DNA of 64,000 nucleotides from Escherichia coli (GTDB lineage Bacteria; Pseudomonadota; Gammaproteobacteria; Enterobacterales; Enterobacteriaceae): NCBI RefSeq assembly GCF_029227855.1, contig NZ_CP074356.1; one strand, 5' to 3'. Shown piece by piece: positions 1 to 12,295 of this stretch (position 1 is its first letter; each line of letters starts with the position of its first letter). The notes under the pieces were generated by a model. It saw only the letters and a program-made list of their open reading frames with translations, ran no database searches and was not told where the DNA came from. The position numbers and the translations under genes were made by a program.

Positions 1-323
1 TTTTTCCACTCAAACCAGCCATCGGCAAAACAGATTGCCCGACCATGTTGCCAGAGCGGTTTAAACATGCGACTGGTTGCGGCAGTTTCTACACGGGCGT
101 TAATCAGCGGCGGTTTATCCCACCATCCGGGAGCATATCCCCAGAAAACCGGATCCAAATGAAGGTGTTCATCACGTTCACTGAGCAGAAGGACTTTGGT
201 TCCCGGCGCGACGTTGTATCTGCCAATGGGTTCGGGATCATAGGGAATATCGCGTTCAATATCTTCCGCGAGAAGCGCAAGGTAATCTTCACGCGTTTGG
301 GATTGGGCAAAGCGTCCACACAT
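1..323 (-). CDS. yedK: YedK (SRAP-family abasic-site processing protein), 5' portion only; gene runs off the window edge
   Basis: Reverse complement from 323 reads ATG TGT GGA CGC TTT GCC... = MCGRFAQSQTREDYLALLAEDIERD..., matching the YedK N-terminus; AGGAGG SD just upstream on minus strand; absent from ORF track because no stop in window. Confidence 0.8.
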   Translation of the reverse strand, partial: MCGRFAQSQTREDYLALLAEDIERDIPYDPEPIGRYNVAPGTKVLLLSERDEHLHLDPVFWGYAPGWWDKPPLINARVETAATSRMFKPLWQHGRAICFADGWFEWK

Positions 324-429
324 AGCAACCTCCTGAGATCATACTGAAAAGAATAGGAGAGGGGGCGGGTAAAATCTATGTGTCAGAGGCAACGATGTTC
401 CCGCTGTGGGCCACAGCGGGAATGAGGGA

Positions 430-663
430 TTATTTCTGAATTAAATAACGAATGGTCGGCCCGTCTTGCTGAATATCCAGCACCGTATAGCCGTGATTAC
501 GCGCATCCAGTGGAATATTATTGATCGACTGCGGACAGTCGCTCACAACTTCCAGGATCTCACCTTTTTTTAATTGCGGCATCGCCTCAAGGGTTGCGAC
601 TGCCGGATAAGGGCAGGGTTCACCCACCATATCAAGGCGGTAATCAGGAACGATATTTTTCAT
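430..663 (-). CDS. yedF: TusA-like sulfurtransferase family protein YedF
   Basis: 77-aa ORF with CPxP motif (GEPCPYP); 4-nt overlap with upstream yedE. Confidence 0.85.
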   Translation of the reverse strand: MKNIVPDYRLDMVGEPCPYPAVATLEAMPQLKKGEILEVVSDCPQSINNIPLDARNHGYTVLDIQQDGPTIRYLIQK

Positions 664-1865
664 GCGATCTCCTTAGCAGTCTGCGGTGCCGCACGGCGGA
701 AGAAGCGTTTTTCCCAGCCGATAATCAACATCAGCGCAGCAAACAACAGCAAATATGTCACCAGCAGGCCACCCATCGGACCAAAGGTTTTCAGTAGGTT
801 GATTTTGTCCCAGTCGGTGGCCAGCGCCGGAGCGAAATCATCCCAGTAATACGCCAGAATCGTTGAGCCGATCACGTTGCCCAGACCGACCCACCAGTAG
901 TGCACCTGGCCTTCTACCGCGCGGTACATCCAGCCGGTTTCGCAGCCGCCTGCCAGCACGATGCCAAAACCAAACAGTAAACCACCAATTACCGCGTTTG
1001 GTCCCGCCCACATGATTTTGGGTTCAACGCCTAACTGTACGTAACTGAAGATCCCGATGGCACTCACCGCCATACCGATAATGATTGCTTTCGCCATATG
1101 GGTACGTCCGGTGATCCACATATCGCGGAACGCCGAAGTAAAGCAGATTTGCGCACGTTCAATCAGTAAACCAAAGCCGACGCCAAACAGCATTGCCAGC
1201 CCCAGTTTTGGTTGGTTCATCGCCGTCAGCAGTGCCCAGCCCAGCATGCCGAAAAAGACCAGCATCCCGAGACGAAAACGACGCCGCGCCTGATCCGGTT
1301 TTTGCGTCAGCGGTGAGGCGGCAGAAACTTTCTGCATTTTCACGGGAATACGGAAGATGGGCAGCAGGGTAAAGCGCGCGCCAAACCATGAACCAATGGC
1401 AGTGGCGATGGCAAAGAACCAGGCATGCAGCGAGAACTGAGGAATGCCGGTAAAGAACGCCGCCAGGTTACAGCCCATTGCCAGACGCGCGCCAAAACCA
1501 GCGATAATGCCGCCAATAATGGCTTGCATAATGCGGATACGGCTGCGTGGCATGCGTAGTTTGACATTGTTGGCCCACAGCGCTGCAGCAAAGCAGCCGC
1601 CAAACATACCGAGGATCATCATCCCGTCGATGCGGGTTAATGGCGATCCTTCCAGATGGATAATTTTAAAATAACCCCACTCTTCAGCATGGACGCCGAA
1701 CAGCTGCAGGAGCTGACCGCCCCAACGGGTAAATTCACCCGTGACAGCCCAAAAGGTGCCAGTGATGCCAAAATAGTAAGTGGAGAGAATACCCGCCGCG
1801 ATGACCGCAGGGATGGGCGCCCAGAATTTAATCAACCAGGCGTGTTTGAATTGCTGCCATGACAT
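660..1865 (-). CDS. yedE: YedE, selenium-metabolism associated inner membrane protein
   Basis: 401-aa highly hydrophobic ORF; synteny yedE-yedF. Confidence 0.85.
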   Translation of the reverse strand: MSWQQFKHAWLIKFWAPIPAVIAAGILSTYYFGITGTFWAVTGEFTRWGGQLLQLFGVHAEEWGYFKIIHLEGSPLTRIDGMMILGMFGGCFAAALWANNVKLRMPRSRIRIMQAIIGGIIAGFGARLAMGCNLAAFFTGIPQFSLHAWFFAIATAIGSWFGARFTLLPIFRIPVKMQKVSAASPLTQKPDQARRRFRLGMLVFFGMLGWALLTAMNQPKLGLAMLFGVGFGLLIERAQICFTSAFRDMWITGRTHMAKAIIIGMAVSAIGIFSYVQLGVEPKIMWAGPNAVIGGLLFGFGIVLAGGCETGWMYRAVEGQVHYWWVGLGNVIGSTILAYYWDDFAPALATDWDKINLLKTFGPMGGLLVTYLLLFAALMLIIGWEKRFFRRAAPQTAKEIA

Positions 1866-2051
1866 GAATGTAGCCTCTGAACTCAGAAGGTTTGAAACAG
1901 GAGTCGCGAATCATACACCATGCAAATTTATTTTCGGGGTAATAATTCACAAAAATAATAGTTAGATCAAATTTCTCTCTGAACCTGGAAAGGCTGGCGA
2001 CATCAGGGCTTTAATGCCACAATCCTCTTTTCTTCTCATGCAGGACGAATG

Positions 2052-2465
2052 ATGAAAAAACTCGCAATTGCAGGCGCGCTCATGTTGCTGGCGGGCTGTG
2101 CCGAAGTCGAAAACTATAACAATGTCGTGAAAACCCCCGCGCCGGACTGGCTGGCGGGCTACTGGCAGACCAAAGGGCCGCAACGTGCGCTGGTCAGTCC
2201 GGAAGCGATAGGCAGCCTGATTGTCACTAAAGAGGGCGATACTCTGGATTGCCGTCAGTGGCAGCGGGTGATTGCTGTGCCGGGTAAGTTGACATTGATG
2301 TCTGATGATCTCACTAACGTTACCGTAAAACGTGAGCTGTACGAGGTTGAGCGTGACGGTAACACCATTGAGTACGATGGTATGACGATGGAGCGTGTGG
2401 ATCGCCCGACGGCAGAGTGTGCCGCCGCGCTGGATAAAGCGCCGTTACCGACGCCACTGCCGTAA
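2052..2465 (+). CDS. yedD: Lipoprotein YedD
   Basis: 137 aa from second ATG; lipobox LLAGC signal peptide. Confidence 0.8.
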   Translation: MKKLAIAGALMLLAGCAEVENYNNVVKTPAPDWLAGYWQTKGPQRALVSPEAIGSLIVTKEGDTLDCRQWQRVIAVPGKLTLMSDDLTNVTVKRELYEVERDGNTIEYDGMTMERVDRPTAECAAALDKAPLPTPLP

Positions 2466-2498
2466 TGAAATCTCCCCGGCTTGCCGCCGGGGATGAAT

Positions 2499-3986
2499 TT
2501 AAATCACCTCTTCGATAACCCACACGCTGACGCTGCCGCCGTTGCAAAAGAAGGTTGCTTCGCCGTTTTCGTCGGTCACTACGCTCTCTTGCCGGTTCCC
2601 CAGAAAATCACGCCAGGTTTTATTGCCGTAATTCTCTCCCAGATGAATGGTTTTTTCGCCATCATCCCCGTTCGACATGACCACCACGCAGCCGGGATAT
2701 TCGTCAGTGCCACTGCGGCTAAAGGCAATGCAGTTCGGATGGTCGAAAAATAACGTCTGTACACCGTGGGCGAAACGCTGACGGGCGAGAATTAACTCAT
2801 CAAGCTGTTCGATTATTGGCATCTCTATCGGATAGGTTTGCCCGTCACCGCCAACATCTTCGTAATGCGCGCCATAGAGGTCAGGATAGAACACCGAAGG
2901 AACGCCATTTTCCCGCAACAAAATTAGAGCATACGCCAGCGGTTTAAACCACGGTTCGACGGGGGCTTCGAGGGCTTGCAACGGTTGGGTGTCGTGGTTG
3001 GCAACGAGGGTTACGGCGTGAAAAGGATCGGCTTCCACTAATGTACCCGTGAAAATCTGCGTCATGTCGTAGTCGCGCCCCATGCGCGATGCTTCATGGA
3101 ATTTCATCTGCAGCGGTGCATCGAACAGCATGGTTTTGCCTTCCACCTGATCAATATACGTTTGCAGTTTATCGACTTCATGCGACCAGTACTCTGCCAC
3201 AATAAACAGCGGCTTTGGCGCAACTTCCTGTACGTGTTCGATCCACTCTTTATAAAACCACGCCGGAATATGTTTGACCGCATCAAGACGAAAACCGTCG
3301 CATTGTGTTTGTTCCATCACCCAGCGCGCCCAGTATTTAATCTCTTCCGTCACGGCATGATTGCGAAAATCGATATTCTCGCCCATCAGATAATCGAAAT
3401 TACCGAGTTCATCATCAACCTGATCGTTCCAGCCTTCGCCGGTGTAGTCGTTAACAATTTTAAAAATGCCATCTTCATCAGGGTTTTCGATATGGTCGAT
3501 ACCGCTAAAACATTTGAAATCCCAGATAAACTGCGAGTATTGCCCGGCACGGGCGGGGAAGGTGTAACGCGTCCAGCCTTCGCACTCAATGATTTCTTCA
3601 TCAATTTGCGTACGGTCATCAGCATTTACACGTTGCACGCGAATAGCTTCTTTTTCATCCGCCCCCATTTTGTGGTTGACTACCACGTCCAGCAGCACCG
3701 CAATGTCATTACGTTTCAGAGCGTCAATGGCGGCCAGCAGTTGTGCTTTATCGCCATATTTAGTAGGGATGCTGCCTTTCTGATCAAACTCGCCTAAATC
3801 AAATAAATCATAGGAGTCGTAGCCGACCGAGTACCCGCCCGATGCGCCTTTATAGGCGGGCGGCAACCAGACCATATTGATACCAATATCATTAAAACCG
3901 TCGGCGCGCTCGGCCAGTTCAGGCCAGAGCTTACCGCCTTCCGGGTAATACCAGTGAAAACATTGTAACAGCGTGGGATTACGCAT
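2499..3986 (-). CDS. amyA: Cytoplasmic alpha-amylase
   Basis: 495-aa ORF, glycoside hydrolase family 13 motifs ([15 protein letters not shown]); position downstream of fliT. Confidence 0.9.
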   Translation of the reverse strand: MRNPTLLQCFHWYYPEGGKLWPELAERADGFNDIGINMVWLPPAYKGASGGYSVGYDSYDLFDLGEFDQKGSIPTKYGDKAQLLAAIDALKRNDIAVLLDVVVNHKMGADEKEAIRVQRVNADDRTQIDEEIIECEGWTRYTFPARAGQYSQFIWDFKCFSGIDHIENPDEDGIFKIVNDYTGEGWNDQVDDELGNFDYLMGENIDFRNHAVTEEIKYWARWVMEQTQCDGFRLDAVKHIPAWFYKEWIEHVQEVAPKPLFIVAEYWSHEVDKLQTYIDQVEGKTMLFDAPLQMKFHEASRMGRDYDMTQIFTGTLVEADPFHAVTLVANHDTQPLQALEAPVEPWFKPLAYALILLRENGVPSVFYPDLYGAHYEDVGGDGQTYPIEMPIIEQLDELILARQRFAHGVQTLFFDHPNCIAFSRSGTDEYPGCVVVMSNGDDGEKTIHLGENYGNKTWRDFLGNRQESVVTDENGEATFFCNGGSVSVWVIEEVI

Positions 3987-4063
3987 TCTTCGACTCCATT
4001 CAAGGGGAACATTAGAAGCGTAGCCGTAATCGGATTATTCGCGAGCCATCGGCTCGTTAAGAT

Positions 4064-4429
4064 TCAAAAGAGGTTATCTTGCGGAGCCAGCACAAAGCCG
4101 CCCTGATCGCCATAGGCACTTAACACTGATTTTTGCACCGATGACTGACCGACCAGTTTCGCCAGTTCATCCATCCGAATCTGTAATAACTGCTTTACCT
4201 TGCTTTCGTTGTCGAGAATCAGGCGCAGCATCGGGCGGAGCTGCTCCTGCATCGTGGTGGACGGGGCAACCTCTTCAGTCAGATGTGCAATCTCCTGCAC
4301 CGCATTCACATACGCCATTTCGCTGGCGATGAGTTCGTCCCACTGTTCTTCCGTTGCCAGGCGTAACATGAGCTGGCTTTTTTCGACGAGTTGTTGCCAG
4401 GCGAAATACAAATGCGGTGCATTGTTCAT
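4064..4429 (-). CDS. fliT: Flagellar export chaperone / anti-FlhDC factor FliT
   Basis: 121-aa ORF matching FliT; fliDST operon context. Confidence 0.85.
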
Positions 4430-4839
4430 CAGACTGGGTCCTGAATCAAAGAAGGGGAGAGTAAAGACTCTTTCCAGGCATCGGCAATATTGCGCATCAA
4501 TGCTTCCACTTCTTCGACTGCGGAGACATCGTTGCGTAAATTGGCTTGCAGCAAACGCCTGACCATATAGCTATAAAGAGCAATCAAGTTTTGGGTTAGT
4601 TCGTCTTTGCTCTCTTCATCAAGACTCACCCGCAGCCCGTTCTCAATGATGTTGATCGCTTTTGACAAAGAGACGCCTTTGCCTTGCTGATTGTTGTCCT
4701 GCATAAACAGGCGCGCCCTAACCAGTGCGCTCAGCACTCCATCAAATAGCATGGTGACCAGCTGTTGCTGGCTGGCGCTCATTACGGCGCTTTCGACGCC
4801 AATTTGTGCATAGGCCTGGGTGCCTTTTGCCGCGTACAT
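4429..4839 (-). CDS. fliS: Flagellin-specific export chaperone FliS
   Basis: 136-aa ORF; 1-nt overlap with fliT start. Confidence 0.9.
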
Positions 4840-4854
4840 AGTTTCTCCTGAAGA

Positions 4855-6270
4855 TTATTTCGAGTTGCTATTTGAGATGTCGAACTGCTGTGTCAGATAG
4901 CTACTGGTGGAGTTAAGCGAGTTCATTAACACATCTAATTGGGTGAACTGGGCTTTATAGCGCGTCATTAAGGTATCGATACGCTCACTGGCTGCGTTGT
5001 ACTGGTCGGTCAAATTATTAAGCGTTTTGCTGACGCCATCTTTTGCGGCCTGGATTATCCCGGTGGAAGAGAGCCAACTGGTTAGGTTACTACTAATGCC
5101 GGTGGTTACCCCTGTACTTTTACCGTCACCTATAAACATTTCACTGATGCCAGCGGCATCTTTTTTTAGCGCCGTTTGCAGTTTGTCGGTCGCGATTTCC
5201 AGCTTGCCGGTACTGGCATCGCTGGTAATGCCAATCTGTGCCAGCGTTTTATAGTTTGAACTGCTGTGAGTATTGGCGAGCAAGGTTTTAAGCTGAGTCT
5301 GGATGGTACGCAGTGTGGAGTCACCGAGTAATGCGCCATTGCTGGAGTCCTGACTCTCTGCACCGGCATCGACAGCGGTGTATTTGGTTAAGCTGCTGAA
5401 CGTATCCTGCAATGAGTTATAGGCATCCGCCCACGCTTTAACCGCATTTTCAGCTTTGGATGTGTCTTTACTGATGGTCAGTGTCTGATTACCGGTGGTG
5501 ACGTCATTCAGGTTGAGGGTGATATCTTCCAGCGCGTCGCTGATAGTGTTACTGCTGTTTTCAATCTCAACGTTATTGACGGTCAGTTTGGCGTTTTGCG
5601 CAGTGACGCTTTCAATCATGCCATTGCTGCTATCACCCGACGTTCCGTTGTAACCCATAAAACTTTCCAGGGCGCTGTCGCCGCTGACGCTAAGTTTCAT
5701 AGCGTTATCGCTGCCCGTATCGTTAGCAGTGATGGACAGACGATACTCGCCGTTACCCACATGGATGATACTGGCGCTGACACCAGCTTTGGCGTTGTTA
5801 ATGGCATCGCGAATGCCGGAAAGTGACGAGTTAGCCGCGCTGATATCAATCGTGACCGGATCTTTACCGCCGCCTTGCTGGATGGTTAGTACGCTATCGC
5901 TGGTGGCGATGGCAGCTTTACTGTCTTTTTGACTATTTTGGGTGGTCAGCGTCTGTGCCTGCGCCAGTTGGCTAACGCTAATGGTGTATTTCCCGGCAAT
6001 CGCGCTGCCCGTGGTGGTGGCGCTGAAAGCCGATGAACTGCTGGTAGTTGAGGTGGCGGTAAATAAATCGGCTTTGTTCAGTGCTGTGTTGGCTGTCTGG
6101 AAGCTCTCTAGTGCGCTTTTCAGCGTCCCGTAGGCGCTCAGTTTCGCGGTATAAGAGCTTTGCTGTTTTGATATCGGCGTCAGGGTAGATTTTTCTGCCG
6201 CCTCCAGACTGTCAAGGATGCTGCTTAAGTCCAGCCCCGACCCAACCCCAAGCGTTGAAATACTAGCCAT
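4855..6270 (-). CDS. fliD: Flagellar filament capping protein FliD (HAP2), non-K-12 allele
   Basis: 471-aa ORF with conserved FliD N/C termini and divergent Ser/Thr-rich centre. Confidence 0.9.
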   Translation of the reverse strand: MASISTLGVGSGLDLSSILDSLEAAEKSTLTPISKQQSSYTAKLSAYGTLKSALESFQTANTALNKADLFTATSTTSSSSAFSATTTGSAIAGKYTISVSQLAQAQTLTTQNSQKDSKAAIATSDSVLTIQQGGGKDPVTIDISAANSSLSGIRDAINNAKAGVSASIIHVGNGEYRLSITANDTGSDNAMKLSVSGDSALESFMGYNGTSGDSSNGMIESVTAQNAKLTVNNVEIENSSNTISDALEDITLNLNDVTTGNQTLTISKDTSKAENAVKAWADAYNSLQDTFSSLTKYTAVDAGAESQDSSNGALLGDSTLRTIQTQLKTLLANTHSSSNYKTLAQIGITSDASTGKLEIATDKLQTALKKDAAGISEMFIGDGKSTGVTTGISSNLTSWLSSTGIIQAAKDGVSKTLNNLTDQYNAASERIDTLMTRYKAQFTQLDVLMNSLNSTSSYLTQQFDISNSNSK

Positions 6271-6312
6271 ATAGATTCCTTAATCATGCGACGTATAGAA
6301 CGAATATCGAGG

Positions 6313-6339
6313 TTATCGGCGTAAGCGGGGCAAAGTTTA
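6313..6339 (-). promoter_or_regulatory. fliD: sigma28 (FliA) class 3 promoter of fliDST
   Basis: Minus strand reads TAAACTTT-N11-GCCGATAA, 7/8 and 8/8 to consensus TAAAGTTT-N11-GCCGATAA, about 45 nt upstream of fliD start. Confidence 0.6.
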
Positions 6340-6412
6340 CGATTTATTTTTTGGTTTAATGACACGAACAGCAACGAGGAAGGGGAGTATTTCGACCGCT
6401 AGAAAAAAATTC

Positions 6413-6439
6413 TAAAGGTTGTGAGTGACCAGACGATAA
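6413..6439 (+). promoter_or_regulatory. fliC: sigma28 (FliA) class 3 promoter of fliC
   Basis: TAAAGGTT-N11-GACGATAA about 75 nt upstream of fliC ATG. Confidence 0.65.
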
Positions 6440-6515
6440 CAGGGTTGACGGCGACGAAGCCGAAGGGTGGAAGCCCAATACTTAAACCGTAGACTTGAAA
6501 ACAGGAAAAGAAATC

Positions 6516-7997
6516 ATGGCACAAGTCATTAATACCAACAGCCTCTCGCTGATCACTCAGAACAACATCAACAAAAACCAGTCTGCGCTGTCGACTTCTA
6601 TCGAGCGCCTTTCTTCTGGTCTGCGTATTAACAGCGCTAAAGATGACGCTGCGGGCCAGGCGATTGCTAACCGCTTCACTTCTAACATCAAAGGTCTGAC
6701 TCAGGCCGCACGTAACGCCAACGACGGTATTTCTCTGGCGCAGACCACTGAAGGCGCGCTGTCTGAGATTAACAACAACTTGCAGCGTGTGCGTGAGTTG
6801 ACTGTACAGGCGACGACCGGGACTAACTCTGATTCTGACCTGTCTTCTATCCAGGATGAAATCAAATCCCGTTTAAGCGAAATTGACCGTGTATCTGGTC
6901 AGACTCAGTTTAACGGCGTGAACGTACTGGCTAAGAATGACACCCTGTCTATTCAGGTAGGTGCAAATGACGGTCAGACTATCAATATTGACCTGCAGCA
7001 AATCGATTCTCATACACTGGGTCTGGATGGTTTCAGCGTTAAAAATAATGATGCAGTGAAAACCAGTGCTGCCGTGAATACTCTTGGGGGGGGGGCAGGT
7101 TCTGTTGCTGTCGACTTCGCAACAACCAGTTTGACTGCTATCACTGGTCTCGGTAGCGGTGCTATCAGCGAAATTGCTAAAGACGATAATGGTGATTACT
7201 ACGCGCATGTCACAGGGACTACGGGTAATACTGCTGATGGTTACTATGCTGTCGATATCGACAAGGCTAACGGTGAGGTCGCTCTGAAAGATGGTAACGT
7301 AGATACACCGACAGGTACGCCAACGACGACAAGCACATATGACTTCACAGACGCTGGTCAAACCGTTTCCTTTGGCACTGATGCTGCAACAGCCGGTATC
7401 AGCACTGGTGCTTCTCTCGTTAAACTTCAGGATGAGAAAGGCAATGATACTGCTACTTATGCAATCAAAGCACAAGATGGCAGCCTGTATGCCGCCAACG
7501 TTGATGAGGCTACCGGTAAAGTCACTGTCAAAACCGCCAGCTATACTGATGCTGACGGCAAAGCAGTGACCGATGCCGCTGTAAAACTGGGTGGTGACAA
7601 TGGCACAACCGAAATTGTTGTCGATGCTGCGTCAGGTAAAACTTACGATGCTGGTGCACTGCAAAACGTTGATCTCTCCAGTGCAACCAACACGGTAACC
7701 GCAATCCCGAACGGTAAAACCACGTCTCCGCTGGCTGCCCTTGACGACGCAATCAGCCAGATCGACAAATTCCGCTCCTCCCTCGGTGCGGTGCAGAACC
7801 GTCTGGATTCCGCGGTCACCAACCTGAACAACACCACTACCAACCTGTCTGAAGCGCAGTCCCGTATTCAGGACGCTGACTATGCGACCGAAGTATCCAA
7901 CATGTCGAAAGCGCAGATCATCCAGCAGGCAGGTAACTCCGTGCTGTCCAAAGCTAACCAGGTACCGCAGCAGGTTCTGTCTCTGCTGCAGGGTTAA
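6516..7997 (+). CDS. fliC: Flagellin FliC (H antigen), non-K-12 allele
   Basis: True start MAQVINTNSLSL inside the 500-aa track ORF; conserved D0/D1 termini, divergent central domain. Confidence 0.9.
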   Translation: MAQVINTNSLSLITQNNINKNQSALSTSIERLSSGLRINSAKDDAAGQAIANRFTSNIKGLTQAARNANDGISLAQTTEGALSEINNNLQRVRELTVQATTGTNSDSDLSSIQDEIKSRLSEIDRVSGQTQFNGVNVLAKNDTLSIQVGANDGQTINIDLQQIDSHTLGLDGFSVKNNDAVKTSAAVNTLGGGAGSVAVDFATTSLTAITGLGSGAISEIAKDDNGDYYAHVTGTTGNTADGYYAVDIDKANGEVALKDGNVDTPTGTPTTTSTYDFTDAGQTVSFGTDAATAGISTGASLVKLQDEKGNDTATYAIKAQDGSLYAANVDEATGKVTVKTASYTDADGKAVTDAAVKLGGDNGTTEIVVDAASGKTYDAGALQNVDLSSATNTVTAIPNGKTTSPLAALDDAISQIDKFRSSLGAVQNRLDSAVTNLNNTTTNLSEAQSRIQDADYATEVSNMSKAQIIQQAGNSVLSKANQVPQQVLSLLQG

Positions 7998-8040
7998 TCG
8001 TCGTAACCTGATTAACTGAGACTGACGGCAACGCCAAATT

Positions 8041-8140
<100 letters not shown>

Positions 8141-8171
8141 ACTTGAATGGTAATTTGTCAGCAACGTGCTT

Positions 8172-8195
8172 CCCCGCCACCGGCGGGGTTTTTTC
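8172..8195 (+). terminator. fliC: Rho-independent terminator of fliC
   Basis: GC hairpin ccccgcc-acc-ggcgggg followed by TTTTTT. Confidence 0.7.
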
Positions 8196-8283
8196 TGTCC
8201 GCAATTTACCGGTAACCCCCAAATAACCCCTCATTTCACCCACTAATCGTCCGATTAAAAACCCTGCAGAAACGGATAATCAT

Positions 8284-8291
8284 GCCGATAA
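8284..8291 (+). promoter_or_regulatory. fliA: GCCGATAA element (sigma28 -10-like) in the fliA promoter region
   Basis: Exact GCCGATAA 26 nt upstream of the fliA GTG; no matching -35 at canonical spacing found. Confidence 0.3.
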
Positions 8292-8316
8292 CTCATATAA
8301 CGCAGGGCTGTTTATC

Positions 8317-9036
8317 GTGAATTCACTCTATACCGCTGAAGGTGTAATGGATAAACACTCGCTGTGGCAGCGTTATGTCCCGCTGGTGCGTCACGAAGCA
8401 TTGCGCCTGCAGGTTCGACTGCCCGCGAGCGTGGAACTTGACGATCTGCTACAGGCGGGCGGCATTGGGTTACTTAATGCCGTCGAACGCTATGACGCCC
8501 TACAAGGAACGGCATTTACAACTTACGCAGTGCAGCGTATCCGTGGCGCTATGCTGGATGAACTTCGCAGCCGTGACTGGGTGCCGCGCAGCGTGCGACG
8601 CAACGCGCGTGAAGTGGCACAGGCAATAGGGCAACTGGAGCAGGAACTTGGCCGTAACGCCACGGAAACTGAGGTAGCGGAACGTTTAGGGATCGATATT
8701 GCCGATTATCGCCAAATGTTGCTCGACACCAATAACAGCCAGCTCTTCTCCTACGATGAGTGGCGCGAAGAGCACGGCGATAGCATTGAACTGGTTACTG
8801 ATGATCATCAGCGAGAAAACCCGCTACAACAGCTGCTGGACAGTAATCTGCGCCAGCGGGTGATGGAAGCTATCGAAACGTTGCCGGAGCGCGAAAAACT
8901 GGTATTAACCCTCTATTACCAGGAAGAGCTGAATCTCAAAGAGATTGGCGCGGTGCTGGAGGTCGGGGAATCGCGGGTCAGTCAGTTACACAGCCAGGCC
9001 ATTAAACGGTTACGCACTAAACTGGGTAAGTTATAA
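8317..9036 (+). CDS. fliA: Flagellar sigma factor sigma28 (FliA)
   Basis: 239-aa ORF, GTG start, sigma70-family regions 2 and 4. Confidence 0.9.
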   Translation: MNSLYTAEGVMDKHSLWQRYVPLVRHEALRLQVRLPASVELDDLLQAGGIGLLNAVERYDALQGTAFTTYAVQRIRGAMLDELRSRDWVPRSVRRNAREVAQAIGQLEQELGRNATETEVAERLGIDIADYRQMLLDTNNSQLFSYDEWREEHGDSIELVTDDHQRENPLQQLLDSNLRQRVMEAIETLPEREKLVLTLYYQEELNLKEIGAVLEVGESRVSQLHSQAIKRLRTKLGKL

Positions 9037-9081
9037 CGTCAGTAAATGCCGCACTTTAATTTTGACTACCAGGAGTTCTTA

Positions 9082-9633
9082 ATGATGGTGCAGCACCTGA
9101 AAAGACGGCCATTAAGCCGCTATCTTAAAGACTTTAAACACAGCCAGACTCATTGCGCGCATTGCCGTAAATTACTCGACCGCATTACCCTCGTTCACGA
9201 CGGCAAAATAGTGAATAAAATCGAGATTTCCCGCCTGGACATGCTGCTTGATGAAAATGGCTGGCAAGTGGAACAAAAATCATGGGCGGCATTGTGCCGA
9301 TTTTGCGGTGATTTACATTGCAAAACGCAGAGTGATTTTTTCGATATTATCGGCTTTAAGCAATTTCTTTTTGAGCAAACTGAAATGAGCCCAGGTACGG
9401 TGCGTGAATATGTCGTTCGTCTGCGCCGTTTGGGTAATCATCTACACGAGCAAAATATTTCCCTCGATCAGCTGCAGGACGGTTTCCTTGATGAAATCCT
9501 CGCCCCGTGGCTGCCCACTACCAGCACCAACAATTACCGCATTGCGTTACGGAAGTATCAACACTATCAGCGTCAAACGTGTACCGGACTTGTGCAGAAA
9601 TCCTCCAGCCTGCCTGCTTCTGATATATATTAA
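9082..9633 (+). CDS. fliZ: Regulator FliZ
   Basis: 183 aa from MMVQHLKRRPLS within the track ORF; fliAZ operon context. Confidence 0.85.
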   Translation: MMVQHLKRRPLSRYLKDFKHSQTHCAHCRKLLDRITLVHDGKIVNKIEISRLDMLLDENGWQVEQKSWAALCRFCGDLHCKTQSDFFDIIGFKQFLFEQTEMSPGTVREYVVRLRRLGNHLHEQNISLDQLQDGFLDEILAPWLPTTSTNNYRIALRKYQHYQRQTCTGLVQKSSSLPASDIY

Positions 9634-9720
9634 ATAAGAATAAGATGTAGCGGAGTTGTTTTTGTGTTTACAAACAATGGCTCTACACTGCAAACAGACA
9701 TAACAACATTCGGGGTGAAT

Positions 9721-11612
<1,892 letters not shown>

Positions 11613-11626
11613 CTCCGGGAACGCTC

Positions 11627-12295
11627 ATGCAAGAAAGTATACAACTGGTTATTGATTCCTTGCCGTTCCTGCTGAAAGGGGCTGGGTATACGCTGCAACT
11701 CAGTATCGGCGGCATGTTTTTTGGCTTACTGCTCGGGTTTATTCTCGCGCTGATGCGCCTTTCGCCAATCTGGCCCGTGCGCTGGCTGGCGCGTTTTTAT
11801 ATCTCTATTTTTCGTGGTACGCCACTCATCGCACAACTGTTTATGATCTATTACGGCTTGCCGCAGTTTGGCATCGAACTAGATCCCATTCCGTCAGCAA
11901 TGATTGGTCTGTCGCTAAACACTGCCGCCTATGCTGCCGAAACGCTGCGCGCCGCCATTTCTTCTATTGATAAAGGTCAGTGGGAAGCTGCTGCCAGTAT
12001 TGGTATGACGCCGTGGCAGACCATGCGTCGCGCGATTTTGCCACAGGCGGCGCGGGTGGCGTTGCCGCCGCTGTCGAACAGCTTTATCAGCCTGGTAAAA
12101 GATACGTCGCTGGCCGCGACAATCCAGGTGCCGGAGCTGTTCCGTCAGGCGCAGTTGATTACCTCGCGCACGCTGGAAGTGTTCACCATGTACCTGGCGG
12201 CTTCGCTCATCTACTGGATCATGGCGACAGTATTATCGACGTTGCAGAACCATTTTGAGAATCAACTTAATCGCCAGGAGAGAGAACCAAAATGA
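11627..12295 (+). CDS. tcyL: Cystine ABC transporter permease
   Basis: 222-aa polar amino-acid ABC permease; adjacent to tcyN. Confidence 0.85.
   Translation: MQESIQLVIDSLPFLLKGAGYTLQLSIGGMFFGLLLGFILALMRLSPIWPVRWLARFYISIFRGTPLIAQLFMIYYGLPQFGIELDPIPSAMIGLSLNTAAYAAETLRAAISSIDKGQWEAAASIGMTPWQTMRRAILPQAARVALPPLSNSFISLVKDTSLAATIQVPELFRQAQLITSRTLEVFTMYLAASLIYWIMATVLSTLQNHFENQLNRQEREPK

Noticed and set aside
45-347. 100-aa plus-strand ORF and 74-aa minus-strand ORF (104-328) at the window start
   Set aside because: A third frame on the minus strand gives a clean match to the YedK N-terminus with a consensus SD; the track ORFs are in other frames and have no recognisable features.
8255-8291. Full sigma28 promoter for fliA
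   Set aside because: Only the -10-like GCCGATAA is present; no TAAAGTTT-like -35 at 11-nt spacing, so I report the element alone at low confidence. fliA is mainly class 2 (FlhDC-dependent).
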